DNA from: a candidate division FCPU426 bacterium
GTDB taxonomy: Bacteria; Oederibacteriota; PGYV01; Palsa-1178
NCBI GenBank assembly: GCA_963840035.1
Contig: CAWIXE010000001.1
Span: 992,001-1,056,000 of the forward strand
DNA: 64,000 bases
Direction of reading: 5' to 3'
The notes beneath the pieces are model-generated. The model had not been told where the DNA came from. It ran no database searches and saw only the letters and a list, made by a program, of their open reading frames with translations. Shown in pieces: positions 18,315 to 27,806 of this stretch (positions are counted from its first letter, which is position 1; each line of letters starts with the position of its first letter). The translations under genes and the position numbers were made by a program.

Positions 18315-19328
18315 ATGGCTAAAACATCGATGAGAGGCGTTTACGGAGAGACGCTTGTAAAGTTAGGCGCCAAGTATAAAAATATAGTCGTGCTGGACGC
18401 GGACCTGGCGAAATCCACGCAGACAGGAAAGTTCGGCAAGGCGTTTCCCGACAGGTTCTTTGACATGGGCATAGCCGAGCAGGACATGATAGGGACGGCA
18501 GCGGGGCTGGCAGCCTCGGGCATGAACCCTTTTGCCTCAACTTTTGCCATGTTCGGCTCAGGCAGGCCCTGGGAGCAGATAAGGAACTCAGTGGCATACC
18601 CGAAACTTCCGGTTAAGATAGTCGTAACCCACGCGGGAATTTCCGTCGGAGAGGACGGCCCCACGCACCAGGCATGCGAGGACATATCCATAATGAGGTC
18701 CATCCCGAACATGAAAGTGGTGGCGCCCGCTGATTCGGTGGAGACCGAGAAACTCATAGAGTACCTGGCTGAGTATTATGATTCTCCGGTATATGTAAGG
18801 CTCACCAGGATGAATACAGATGTCGTATTCGGTCCGGATTATAAATTCGTATTCGGCAAGGGCATCATCATGAGGAAGGGAACGGATATCACCATAATAA
18901 GCACGGGCATAATGCTTTTCCAGGCGCTTGGAGCCGCTGATATCCTGAAGTCAAAAGGGATATCCGCTGAAGTCATCCACATGCCCACGATTAAGCCCAT
19001 AGACGAGAAGATGATAATTGCCTCTGCGAAAAAGACGGGAAAAGTCATAACGATAGAGGAACACTCCATAATAGGCGGACTCGGTTCTGCCGTCGCAGAA
19101 GTGCTTTCCGAGAAGCTGCCGGTTAAGATGAAAAGGGTGGGCGTTAATGACCTGTTCGCGGAGTCAGGAGTGCCGGAAGCTCTGTTTGAGAAGTATGGAC
19201 TTACCCCGGAAAATCTGGCAAAGCAGGCAAAAGCGCTGGTTGGCGATTCTAAAGTTGTTAAAAAATTGAGCAAGGCTTTTAAGGTTAAATCAGTTAAGGT
19301 GACGAAAGCAAAGAAGAAAAAGAAGTAA
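18315..19328 (+). CDS. Transketolase C-terminal subunit
   Basis: LDADLAKST, GIAEQDM, GEDGPTHQ, TIEEHS. Confidence 0.92.
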   Translation: MAKTSMRGVYGETLVKLGAKYKNIVVLDADLAKSTQTGKFGKAFPDRFFDMGIAEQDMIGTAAGLAASGMNPFASTFAMFGSGRPWEQIRNSVAYPKLPVKIVVTHAGISVGEDGPTHQACEDISIMRSIPNMKVVAPADSVETEKLIEYLAEYYDSPVYVRLTRMNTDVVFGPDYKFVFGKGIIMRKGTDITIISTGIMLFQALGAADILKSKGISAEVIHMPTIKPIDEKMIIASAKKTGKVITIEEHSIIGGLGSAVAEVLSEKLPVKMKRVGVNDLFAESGVPEALFEKYGLTPENLAKQAKALVGDSKVVKKLSKAFKVKSVKVTKAKKKKK

Positions 19329-19331
19329 GGG

Positions 19332-19913
19332 CCTCAGAAATCCTTCTCTTATCTCCCTTTCTGAAACAAAGGGAGACGATTAGTGGAGGAGTCTTTTGGT
19401 TGAGGCGGAATTATACAACGGAGTTTTTTTCAAAAACTGACTGACATATGTTAATGAGGGGCGTATGTATAGTTATAAATACAATAACAAATCAAAAGGC
19501 CAGGCGCGGTTTCTGCGCAATAATATGACAGCGGCTGAGAAAGTCCTATGGAATCATTACCTGAAAAAATCAAAATTCAGATATCTTAGACAGAAGCCAA
19601 TAGAAGGTTTTATCGCGGATTTTTACTGTGCTAAGTTGAAGTTGGTTATAGAACTGGATGGAATCACACATGAATTTTCAACATCAAAGAAACGGGACAA
19701 GAAACGAACTGACAGATTCAATAAATATGATATTAAAGTAATAAGATTTAAGAATGAAGAGGTGTTTAATAAGCTGAACGGGGTTGTAGGCGAGATTAAA
19801 CGTATTGAAGAAGAAGAAAACGGAAGGGTTGCCCATTCGCCTCAAGTTAAAGACTCCTCAAGCGGTCGTCCCTCTTTGTTTCAGAAAGAGGGATAAGAGG
19901 GTGATTTCTGAAG
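19332..19913. mobile_element. DUF559 cassette flanked by 76-bp imperfect inverted repeats
   Basis: 19332-19407 and the reverse complement of 19838-19913 match at 60/76 positions by manual alignment. Confidence 0.65.
19465..19896 (+). CDS. DUF559 (Vsr-like) endonuclease domain protein
   Basis: ARFLRNNMTAAEKVLW, RQKPI, FIADFYC, LVIELDG-TH, IKVIRFKNEEV. Confidence 0.9.
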   Translation: MYSYKYNNKSKGQARFLRNNMTAAEKVLWNHYLKKSKFRYLRQKPIEGFIADFYCAKLKLVIELDGITHEFSTSKKRDKKRTDRFNKYDIKVIRFKNEEVFNKLNGVVGEIKRIEEEENGRVAHSPQVKDSSSGRPSLFQKEG

Positions 19914-19961
19914 TCTTAACGCGGAACCGCTAAAAATATAATAAATAATTAGGGAGACTAT

Positions 19962-21047
19962 ATGTCAAAAAAGATATTTAAATGGGTTTTTATTTCGTTA
20001 ATAATAACGACAATTGTATTTGTTGTATTTGCATTTAACACTCCCGGCAGCACGCCTGCCATAAAAGGCGCGGACCGGAAGCCTCTGGCCGGCAGCATTG
20101 CCGCTCTTGAACAGGTGGAGCTCGGCGGAGTAAAACAGTGGGTATTAATGCGCGGTTATGACACTTCGAAACCTGTTCTTCTTATCCTTCACGGCGGGCC
20201 GGGTTCGCCTGAGATGCCTATGGTCAGGGCTTATAATTCCGGACTGGAAAAGAATTTTATTGTAGTAAACTGGGACCAGCGCGGGGCAGGCAAGTCATAT
20301 TCGAAAAGCATTAAGCCGGAAACCATGAAGATCGCGCTTTTCGTATCTGACGCTGAAGAACTGGTTAATTACCTAAGAAAAAGGTTCAACAAGGACAAGA
20401 TTTATATTGAGGGACATTCGTGGGGATCGGCCTTGGGGACGCTGCTTGTCCAGAAGATTCCACAGTATGTTAAAGCATATATAGCCGTGGGTCAGGTCAG
20501 CAACATGATTGAAAGCGAAAAGAATGTTTATAATTATGTTCTGGCGCAAGCACAGGCAAAAGGCGATAAGAAAGCCATGAAGGAACTTGAATCAGCCAAA
20601 AGTCTGGCTGACGGCGACCTGAAAAAAATCATGGTCCAGAGAAAATGGTCCATGAAATACGGCGGGCTTATTTACAAAGACCCGATGAAACTCCTATCGG
20701 GGTCATTCTCAAAGTCGCCTGAATACTCCTTAAGAGACGCGCTTATTAATTATTATTCCGGATCAAAACTTTCACTTTACAGCATGTGGGATGAGCTGGT
20801 AAAGGGCGACATGTTTACTTCGGCCGCCGTATGGAAAGTACCGGTATATTTCATCATTGGCAGGCACGATACCACTATAGACCCGTATCTGGCCGAGAAA
20901 TACTTTAATTACCTGAAGGCGCCCAAAAAGAAGTTCTTCTGGTTTGAGAATTCGTCGCATATGGCCGCGTACGAGGAACCGGAGAAGTACGAAAATATTA
21001 TGGTAAATACTGTCCTGATTGATAACGAAGTACCAAATAAAAAATAA
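19962..21047 (+). CDS. Alpha/beta hydrolase (proline iminopeptidase-like), N-terminally anchored
   Basis: LHGGPG, WDQRGAGKS, GHSWG nucleophile elbow, FENSSH. Confidence 0.85.
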   Translation: MSKKIFKWVFISLIITTIVFVVFAFNTPGSTPAIKGADRKPLAGSIAALEQVELGGVKQWVLMRGYDTSKPVLLILHGGPGSPEMPMVRAYNSGLEKNFIVVNWDQRGAGKSYSKSIKPETMKIALFVSDAEELVNYLRKRFNKDKIYIEGHSWGSALGTLLVQKIPQYVKAYIAVGQVSNMIESEKNVYNYVLAQAQAKGDKKAMKELESAKSLADGDLKKIMVQRKWSMKYGGLIYKDPMKLLSGSFSKSPEYSLRDALINYYSGSKLSLYSMWDELVKGDMFTSAAVWKVPVYFIIGRHDTTIDPYLAEKYFNYLKAPKKKFFWFENSSHMAAYEEPEKYENIMVNTVLIDNEVPNKK

Positions 21048-21061
21048 TAAGCGGAGGTTTT

Positions 21062-21574
21062 ATGGAACTCAATGAAAAGACAATAAACACTAACAGGCAG
21101 CTGATATACTGGCAGCTGGCGTTATCGCCGCTTATTTACCTGGTAATGTGCGAGCTGCTGATTAAATATGTATTTAAAGCCGGCCAGACGGGGTTTGTGC
21201 CGCTTCCGGCCGTACAATACGGGATGATTAAAACGGGGCTTATCATACTGGCTGCCATCGAGGCCGGTTTTATCCTCAGCATCAGGATGTGCATACACTC
21301 AGGCAATCTGACGTGGCCGGGCAGCATGATACTGAAGCCCTATGTGGGACGCAAAGGAAATGAATACGCCATAGAACAGGGCTTCATGATAATGATACTC
21401 GCAATCTGCGTTTCAATATCCGTGTACGGACTCACGCTGTTTTTCTTAAACGGCATCAGGCTGGACGCGTATGCTTTTATGGGCGTTTCGCAGGCGCTCA
21501 CGCTGCTCTTTATGCCGACGAAGGTCTATACCGATAAATTCAGGGCGCTCAAAAGCAGCGCGGTGAATAAATAG
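21062..21574 (+). CDS. Hypothetical membrane protein
   Basis: GGAGG RBS and four hydrophobic segments. Confidence 0.7.
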   Translation: MELNEKTINTNRQLIYWQLALSPLIYLVMCELLIKYVFKAGQTGFVPLPAVQYGMIKTGLIILAAIEAGFILSIRMCIHSGNLTWPGSMILKPYVGRKGNEYAIEQGFMIMILAICVSISVYGLTLFFLNGIRLDAYAFMGVSQALTLLFMPTKVYTDKFRALKSSAVNK

Positions 21575-21899
21575 GGATTTGCCGGAGTTTTTGATTTGAT
21601 CAGGGATTGTGCGTAATTTCAAAAAAAATAATGCAAATATAACAATTATTGCCTTATCCCCCGGAGAGGGAATAAAAGAATGATACTTAATTTACGTATT
21701 GTTACAACAATGGCTTAGAAAAAAACCTTGCGTTTTTATACTGTTTTTTGTAATATATTCACGTACGAGGGGTTACGGGACACAACTAAAATTCAGACTT
21801 AAATCAAAATCTGTAACTATATTTTTTTGCGTATTTATTTATGCGTTTAACCAAACCGCGTACAAGGCGCGGGGCTAGGGATATATGGAGGGTGCTACA

Positions 21900-23147
21900 G
21901 TGTTTAAAAAGGGGATTATTATATTTACTTCGATGGCTATTGCCGCGCTTGTCATTACTTCGTGCGGTAAGGAAACTCCGGGAGGGCCTCTGGGCGTGAA
22001 TAAAATAAAATTGACATACACACCTACCGCTACACCGGATGTGTCTTTCTGCGTTAGAATCTGTCAGGAGCAGACACCTGTGTCAGACGTTGCTGTCAGC
22101 GTATATTCAATTGATACAGGGGTTACTCTTACATCCAAAACAGCCACAGACGGTATAGCCGGGTTTCCTGTGCATAATGGCGGGGAGTGGCGGGTGGATG
22201 TGGCTTCGTTTAACGGTTTTGATACGAGGCAGGCAATAGTAGAACCTGTTGGAAACAGCGTGTGCGTACTGAACTATGGCATACCATGGCTCGAAGTGGA
22301 GTTACTAAGCGGGAGTGAAATGGTGCCTATAGCTGGGGAAACTTTGCAGTACAAGGTAACATATCATACAAAACACCCGAGGCTGGAAAGTATCAGTTTT
22401 AGTTTTGGTGAGACGTTACAAGTATCGCCCAAAAACCAGGTTGTTAGGGGAAATATGGATTTTAAAATATATGACATAATAATACCAAAAAGTTTTGAAA
22501 ATTATGAATCTGACAAAAAGACACTAAAATTTACTATAATAGGGCGGCCGACAGAGGGAGATAATACCGAGTCAGCAAAAAGAACACTGACAAAAGACTG
22601 GTATATGGTTGTAATTGCAAAGTATCATTTCATGGCAATATATGATTATTATGGCAAAGGGCAATATACGTCATATTACGCGGGAATAGAAGAAGCAAAT
22701 CTGTCGTATTCGCATAACGTTAACTGGAACCCGCCGATAAATTATGAAGTGATAGCGGCGGCAAGTTCAGGCGATGCCGGGGAGGAAACTCCGGTATTAA
22801 CGAATATCACGGTTCCTTCCTGGACGGATTTTGGGAATATTGTGGCTGCCGGACGCATACCAACCAATAACGGATGGGACTACGCAAGCAGTCATCCTGA
22901 TAATAATGGATGGGTTAAAATCCGTTTTTATGACCAGGGTGATGTGGACATAGTGCGGACTTTCAGCACTACAAACGGCTGGGGCATAGCATGCGCGTAT
23001 GGAGACTGTGTACCTGTGCCGTTACCTCCTAATCCGGGTTCAAAAAAATGCGGGGCAATACCTCCCGGAAGTTGTTTCTTAGGATTTACATATTTACCGT
23101 CGAGAGTATACCGGGAAAGAAAAGAAACTATAACTTTGCAGGAATAA
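21900..23147 (+). CDS. Hypothetical lipoprotein
   Basis: GTG start after GGAGGG, lipobox VITS-C, beta-rich body, Cys-containing C-terminus. Confidence 0.7.
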   Translation: MFKKGIIIFTSMAIAALVITSCGKETPGGPLGVNKIKLTYTPTATPDVSFCVRICQEQTPVSDVAVSVYSIDTGVTLTSKTATDGIAGFPVHNGGEWRVDVASFNGFDTRQAIVEPVGNSVCVLNYGIPWLEVELLSGSEMVPIAGETLQYKVTYHTKHPRLESISFSFGETLQVSPKNQVVRGNMDFKIYDIIIPKSFENYESDKKTLKFTIIGRPTEGDNTESAKRTLTKDWYMVVIAKYHFMAIYDYYGKGQYTSYYAGIEEANLSYSHNVNWNPPINYEVIAAASSGDAGEETPVLTNITVPSWTDFGNIVAAGRIPTNNGWDYASSHPDNNGWVKIRFYDQGDVDIVRTFSTTNGWGIACAYGDCVPVPLPPNPGSKKCGAIPPGSCFLGFTYLPSRVYRERKETITLQE

Positions 23148-23161
23148 AAATGGAGGTAATA

Positions 23162-23887
23162 ATGGAAAAAGTCATGAGGTTATTGGTAATTATTGTTTTC
23201 GTAACATTGTTTTCATCGTGCGTGACAAAAGGCCCGGCCGGGCCCACAGGCCCTGCAGGCCCGCAGACTCCGGGGCTGAACTATACCAGGGTCTTCCAGC
23301 AAGGGGTATACTCAAGCACATATTCAGGACAGGTACAGGCAGAATTATGCACGTGGACATCAGGAACAACATATACAAGTAATCTCAATCCTCTGGGCGT
23401 TGGCGCAAAAGTAACAGACGGATCAGATGATTACAGGACGATAATAAAGTTTAATCTAGAAAGCTTGCCAAGTACTAAAATAATTGTTGATAAGGCCGAA
23501 TTAACACTTCATACAACATCGCTGTCAATGGGGGGTGGTGCTGATAACATGGAAATACATAAAGTTATAGCGCCATGGACTATATATTTTGCCAGGTGGG
23601 GATCGGCATCAAGCGGAGTGCCGTGGACAAACGACGGCGGTGACTTTTCGGCGGCAACCATGACAGCAAACGCCGCGTTCTACGACATTGCCGCTGACAG
23701 CGAATATACAATCGGGCTGGCTCCGGAGGTCGTTCAGGACTGGATGGAAAACCCGGCAACGAATTACGGCATGTTTCTAAAAGTTCAGGACGAACTTAAA
23801 ATAAATTTTGCGCAGTTTTATTCATCCGGAGCGGTATTGCCTTCAAACAGGCCAATGTTAAAGATTTGGTATTATACAATCGAATAA
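23162..23887 (+). CDS. Lipoprotein with a short collagen-like repeat and a DNRLRE-like domain
   Basis: Lipobox FSS-C, GPAGPTGPAGP, RTIIKFNL...AELTL, VQDWMENPATNYG, NRPMLKI. Confidence 0.7.
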   Translation: MEKVMRLLVIIVFVTLFSSCVTKGPAGPTGPAGPQTPGLNYTRVFQQGVYSSTYSGQVQAELCTWTSGTTYTSNLNPLGVGAKVTDGSDDYRTIIKFNLESLPSTKIIVDKAELTLHTTSLSMGGGADNMEIHKVIAPWTIYFARWGSASSGVPWTNDGGDFSAATMTANAAFYDIAADSEYTIGLAPEVVQDWMENPATNYGMFLKVQDELKINFAQFYSSGAVLPSNRPMLKIWYYTIE

Positions 23888-23912
23888 TAATTTAAAAATA
23901 TGGGGGGTTAAA

Positions 23913-24040
23913 ATGGTGAAAAGTTATGGCTGTTTTTATCGGTTTTATTTGTTTTTGCAGTTTTTATGCCGGGGTGCGGGAAAAATCCGACTGCGCCTCA
24001 GACGGATAATGTCAAAAGAATCAGCAAAGCTACCATGTAA
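23913..24040 (+). pseudogene. Frameshifted, truncated lipoprotein 5' remnant
   Basis: G-rich RBS. Adding one A at 23919-23922 gives MVKKLWLFLSVLFVFAVFMPG-CGKNPTAPQ, with a stop about 20 residues after the Cys. Confidence 0.5.
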
Positions 24041-24164
24041 GTAGTTTTTGAACACGAGAACGGGATTGATAATAACAAAATATTTGAAAACATTCAGGAG
24101 TACAAAATATTATTTGAGTATTAATCACGCAGGGCTTGTAACTATAGAGGGGTTTTTGCGTGCT

Positions 24165-24192
24165 GAGGCGGCGGGTAAAACCGCCGCCTTTA
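24165..24192 (+). terminator. GC-rich hairpin, probable terminator
   Basis: GAGGCGGCGG-GTAAAA-CCGCCGCCTT followed by an AT/T-rich tract. Confidence 0.55.
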
Positions 24193-24242
24193 TAATTATT
24201 TTTTTTGCCATATTCTACAGGACAAAATAGTGGCCGCAAAAC

Positions 24243-24271
24243 TTGAGAAATCAACAGTCATGTGCTATAAT
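24243..24271 (+). promoter_or_regulatory. Strong sigma70 promoter with extended -10
   Basis: TTGAGA-17 nt-TATAAT, with TG one base before the -10 box. Confidence 0.7.
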
Positions 24272-24276
24272 AGTAC

Positions 24277-24531
24277 TGAAAGAGAAAGAGAAACAGAAAG
24301 GGAACAGAAATAGCACCGGAAAGAGTCCCGGAAATAGCACGAGAACGGGAAGCGGAAAGAGCACCGGAAACAGTACCAGCAACAGGAGTTGCACCAGAAC
24401 CAGCTGTAGAAGTCCTGCAGTAGAACGGTTCTGGGGCGGTTTGGGTAAACACTCGAGAAGAACGGGCCTAACAAAAGCCTAAATGATTAAAAATCTCCTC
24501 CGAGAATGCCTGAATCGCCTCCCTTTTTTTT
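24277..24531 (+). ncRNA. Candidate novel non-coding RNA (hexamer/GGA-repeat 5' domain plus structured 3' domain)
   Basis: Own promoter, no credible ORF, hexamer periodicity, two stems with G.U pairs, ends in T8. Confidence 0.55.
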
Positions 24532-24704
24532 ATACCCCCGGATATACCCGCCACAATCCACATATTTTCTATCAAACAGCAAGATGCTTAACTACTTAAG
24601 CAAAAACAACGTTTTTTCACTCATTTATCCTGGTTTTCACGTACATACTGTGATGATTAATGCGTTAACCCCGGCATGTAAATATTTTGTCATAGGGGCT
24701 AAAT

Positions 24705-24733
24705 TTGACTTCAGTTAGACAGGGATATACAAT
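24705..24733 (+). promoter_or_regulatory. Sigma70 promoter
   Basis: TTGACT-17 nt-TACAAT. Confidence 0.6.
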
Positions 24734-24770
24734 TGATATAAGATATAAAAACATATATAGAGGGGTTTTT

Positions 24771-27746
24771 ATGAACTTTAGCAAATTTCATAGGACAACA
24801 GGGGTTGTTCATTTTTTTTCACCCCCTGTTAAACCGTTTAAACGCGATCCCGCTTATAACGCATGCATGCTGATTGTTACCGTATTTCTTATGTTTTTTT
24901 ACGATAACTGCCTGGCATGGGTAAATGCCGGCTTTGAAACCGGAGACACTTCTTCCTGGAGTGTGAGCAGGAGCGTTACAACAAGGGCGGATGTCGTTTA
25001 TACGCCGACAGTAACTGTAGCAACTCACGGAGCCGCACCGCATACGCAGGGAACCATATGCGCCGCGCCGGCTGTATGCCTTGATAAAGTGCGCTCGGGC
25101 AATTATGCGGCACAGATGCATTCGGGCCGCGGCGGGAGCGATGGATTTGACGACTGGGCTAGGATACAGCAGACTGATTTAGTTCCAACAAACGGTAATA
25201 CCTGCCTTTCTTTCTGGTTTTCTGCTGTCTTAACAGGAAAACATTATCTTTCTGACGGCGCGCCTGATGAGGACGCAAATATACTTCTTGAAGTAATAGT
25301 GAACGGCAGGGTTGTTGCCAGTCAGAGCTTTAACTATTTTACAATGCTAAACCAGCTGGTTGATGACGGCGCCGATCCGTATGGAGCGCCGGACCCCGTA
25401 GACGGCGGCGGCGATGATACGCAGGACCAGTGGCGGCACCTGCCTTGGACGCAGTTTTATGTCAACCTTGCGGCTTACGCCGGGCAAAACGCCACGGTAC
25501 GGTTTACCGCTTACGGCTGCAGCCAGGGCGGCCATGACTGCTACGGATTCCTGGATGATGTGAGCTGGGCGGCGTGCCCCGTGGTGGACATGACCCTTGT
25601 CAAATCAAACAGCCCGGCTGGCGTTGTGCACCCTAACGGGAACATAACCTATACACTGAACTATACAACAACGGGGACGGCGGGAATACTCGGGGTAAAA
25701 ATCTACGATACAATACCCCCAGGAACGTCATATGTAAATAATTCCGCTTCAAGCGTGCCGCATTATCCGCTGGTAACTGTCTACGGTGGTATGATTGAAT
25801 GGGATATGGGATACCTGCCGCCCGGAGCGTCCGGAAGCCTAAGTTTCCGCGTAAGGGTCAATACAGCATGTACATCCGTATCCAATACCGCTTCAGAGTC
25901 TGACCTGCAGACAGACGGCTTGAAATCCAACACGGTTTCCAATATTATAGACGGCTGCACGCCGACCGTGACAATGACTTCAACACGCACAATTACAAAT
26001 ACTGTTACCAAGACAATAACAAGGACCACAACACCGACTGTCACCATGACTGCTACAGCAACAAATACAAAGACGGTCACTGAAACCGTGACGCCGTCCG
26101 TTTCCAAAACATATACGGCAACAAAGAGCGATACGCCTACACATACAAGCACTCGGACGGCCACAGAGACTTCTACAGACACCGCCACATATACCCCGAC
26201 AAAAACAATGACGCCGACTAAAACGCCTACAAATACCAATTCGCCGGTTGCCTCTGTCACGCATACACCTACAGTGACTGCCACAAAAACCGCCACACCT
26301 ACACATACAATGACTTCTACAGCCACACATACAAAAACAGCCACGCAGACATTTACGGCCACGCAGACATTTACGGCCACGCAGACATTTACGGCCACGC
26401 AGACATTTACGGCCACCGGGACAACATCGTATACATATACTGCCACACCGACACATACCGCTACAAAAACTTTCACAAATACATCTACGCCGACAAATAC
26501 CAATACTGCGACTGGGACGGTTACTTCCACGCGCACATCTACGGCTACAAGTACCGCGACAGCAACTGCGACAGCCACGAAAAGCGGCACAAATACATTT
26601 ACGCATACCCGCACCGCGACACGCACGGTTACTGTTACCGTGACACTGACCCCGATGCCGACGTTTACGATAACGGCGACGCTGACGGTGTCGGAGACGC
26701 CGTATATACCGGTGCGAGGTTTTCTTTTGAGCATTAACGTATATAATTCGGCAGGCGAGGTTGTCAGGCATATAGCGGGCATGGCTACGCTTTCAAACAT
26801 GACATCCGCTGATGTCCGTATTGACGGGGATGAAAGCGCCAGCGTAATAGGGGAGAACTCAGTGATGGCCATATACCTGCCAGGTGTGCGGCCATCGGCA
26901 AATCCCGGGATGTCAGGGCTTTCATTCACGTGGGATGGAAAGAATGACGCGGGCCAGTTCCTGGCATCAGGCGCGTATATGGTAAAAATTGAGGAAATTG
27001 ACACATATGACCGTCTTACAACTTATAACAGGGATATAACCGTAATGAGGGTCCAGACCTATGCGAAGCTTAAAGTGTTCAACACCGCCGGAGAACTGGT
27101 GCGGATTATAACCGAGATGGGAAAGGTTGTCCCTGATTCGATCTTTCTTGGCAATGACGCAGAGGGGACGCAGGGGGTTAAGGCCCTGGCAAATCCTGAT
27201 GTGATAGTAATAAACAATAATAAGCCAAACGACATTAACATAACATACGGGACAGGCGATAATGACTTTATTATATGGGATGGAAGGAACAGTTTCGGAC
27301 TGGCAGTTTCAAGCGGCATATACGAACTGCAGGTTTGTTTACGGACGCGGGAGGGTTTTTTAAAAGAGGCCACAAGGACCGTGTTCATACGCAACGAAGG
27401 GAAAAAATATCTGGGAAACATAAGCATCGTGCCAAATCCTTACAGAGGGACAACAAACGGCATAGAGATACGGTGGGATTTGGGCGGGGTTACCTGGATG
27501 CCGGACCCCGGCGGCGCTCAGACAGGTGAAGTAGCGGTCCTTATATGTTCCGTTTCAGGCGAACAGGTCAGAAAGATCTACGGCAAACTTCAGGCGGGCC
27601 GGGTTGTATGGGATTTAAAAAGCGCCTCAGGAGAACTGGTTACAACAGGTATTTACATAGCGGTAATAGAGGCAAAGAGTTCGGACGGATATCTGGAAAG
27701 GAAGACGCAGAAGATCGCGGTTGCGGAGTACCGGTTCAAATACTGA
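24771..27746 (+). CDS. Large secreted protein: N-terminal beta domain, DUF11-like domain, Thr-rich linker, FlgD-Ig/CTD-like repeats
   Basis: [12 protein letters not shown]...ITYTLNY...[12 protein letters not shown] (DUF11); ~250-aa TxTxT linker; repeated V[YF]N[ST]AGE[VL]VR...WDG[KR]N...SG.Y motifs. Confidence 0.8.
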   Translation: MNFSKFHRTTGVVHFFSPPVKPFKRDPAYNACMLIVTVFLMFFYDNCLAWVNAGFETGDTSSWSVSRSVTTRADVVYTPTVTVATHGAAPHTQGTICAAPAVCLDKVRSGNYAAQMHSGRGGSDGFDDWARIQQTDLVPTNGNTCLSFWFSAVLTGKHYLSDGAPDEDANILLEVIVNGRVVASQSFNYFTMLNQLVDDGADPYGAPDPVDGGGDDTQDQWRHLPWTQFYVNLAAYAGQNATVRFTAYGCSQGGHDCYGFLDDVSWAACPVVDMTLVKSNSPAGVVHPNGNITYTLNYTTTGTAGILGVKIYDTIPPGTSYVNNSASSVPHYPLVTVYGGMIEWDMGYLPPGASGSLSFRVRVNTACTSVSNTASESDLQTDGLKSNTVSNIIDGCTPTVTMTSTRTITNTVTKTITRTTTPTVTMTATATNTKTVTETVTPSVSKTYTATKSDTPTHTSTRTATETSTDTATYTPTKTMTPTKTPTNTNSPVASVTHTPTVTATKTATPTHTMTSTATHTKTATQTFTATQTFTATQTFTATQTFTATGTTSYTYTATPTHTATKTFTNTSTPTNTNTATGTVTSTRTSTATSTATATATATKSGTNTFTHTRTATRTVTVTVTLTPMPTFTITATLTVSETPYIPVRGFLLSINVYNSAGEVVRHIAGMATLSNMTSADVRIDGDESASVIGENSVMAIYLPGVRPSANPGMSGLSFTWDGKNDAGQFLASGAYMVKIEEIDTYDRLTTYNRDITVMRVQTYAKLKVFNTAGELVRIITEMGKVVPDSIFLGNDAEGTQGVKALANPDVIVINNNKPNDINITYGTGDNDFIIWDGRNSFGLAVSSGIYELQVCLRTREGFLKEATRTVFIRNEGKKYLGNISIVPNPYRGTTNGIEIRWDLGGVTWMPDPGGAQTGEVAVLICSVSGEQVRKIYGKLQAGRVVWDLKSASGELVTTGIYIAVIEAKSSDGYLERKTQKIAVAEYRFKY
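26340..26416 (+). repeat. In-frame 18-bp perfect tandem repeat, four copies
   Basis: GCCACGCAGACATTTACG x4, encoding ATQTFT. Confidence 0.9.
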
Positions 27747-27806
27747 CTTTTCTGAGGCTGTTATGATATAATTATCCCCGTAATCAATTCATCTGCGGAG
27801 GCTTAT

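Noticed and set aside
21770..21880. Possible riboswitch in the leader of the lipoprotein cassette
   Set aside because: Only weak short stems, with no recognisable aptamer consensus.
24277..24400. CRISPR array
   Set aside because: The periodicity is 6 nt with no repeat-spacer structure, and there are no cas genes in the window.
24243..24482. 79-aa low-complexity ORF and two antisense ORFs over the hexamer repeats
   Set aside because: The TTG start coincides with the -35 box and lies upstream of the predicted TSS. No RBS, and the composition is explained by the repeats.
25781..27004. 407-aa minus-strand Val-rich ORF, and the overlapping Cys/Arg-rich ORF 25980-26771
   Set aside because: Antisense shadows of the Thr-rich ACN-codon linker, with no independent coding signal.
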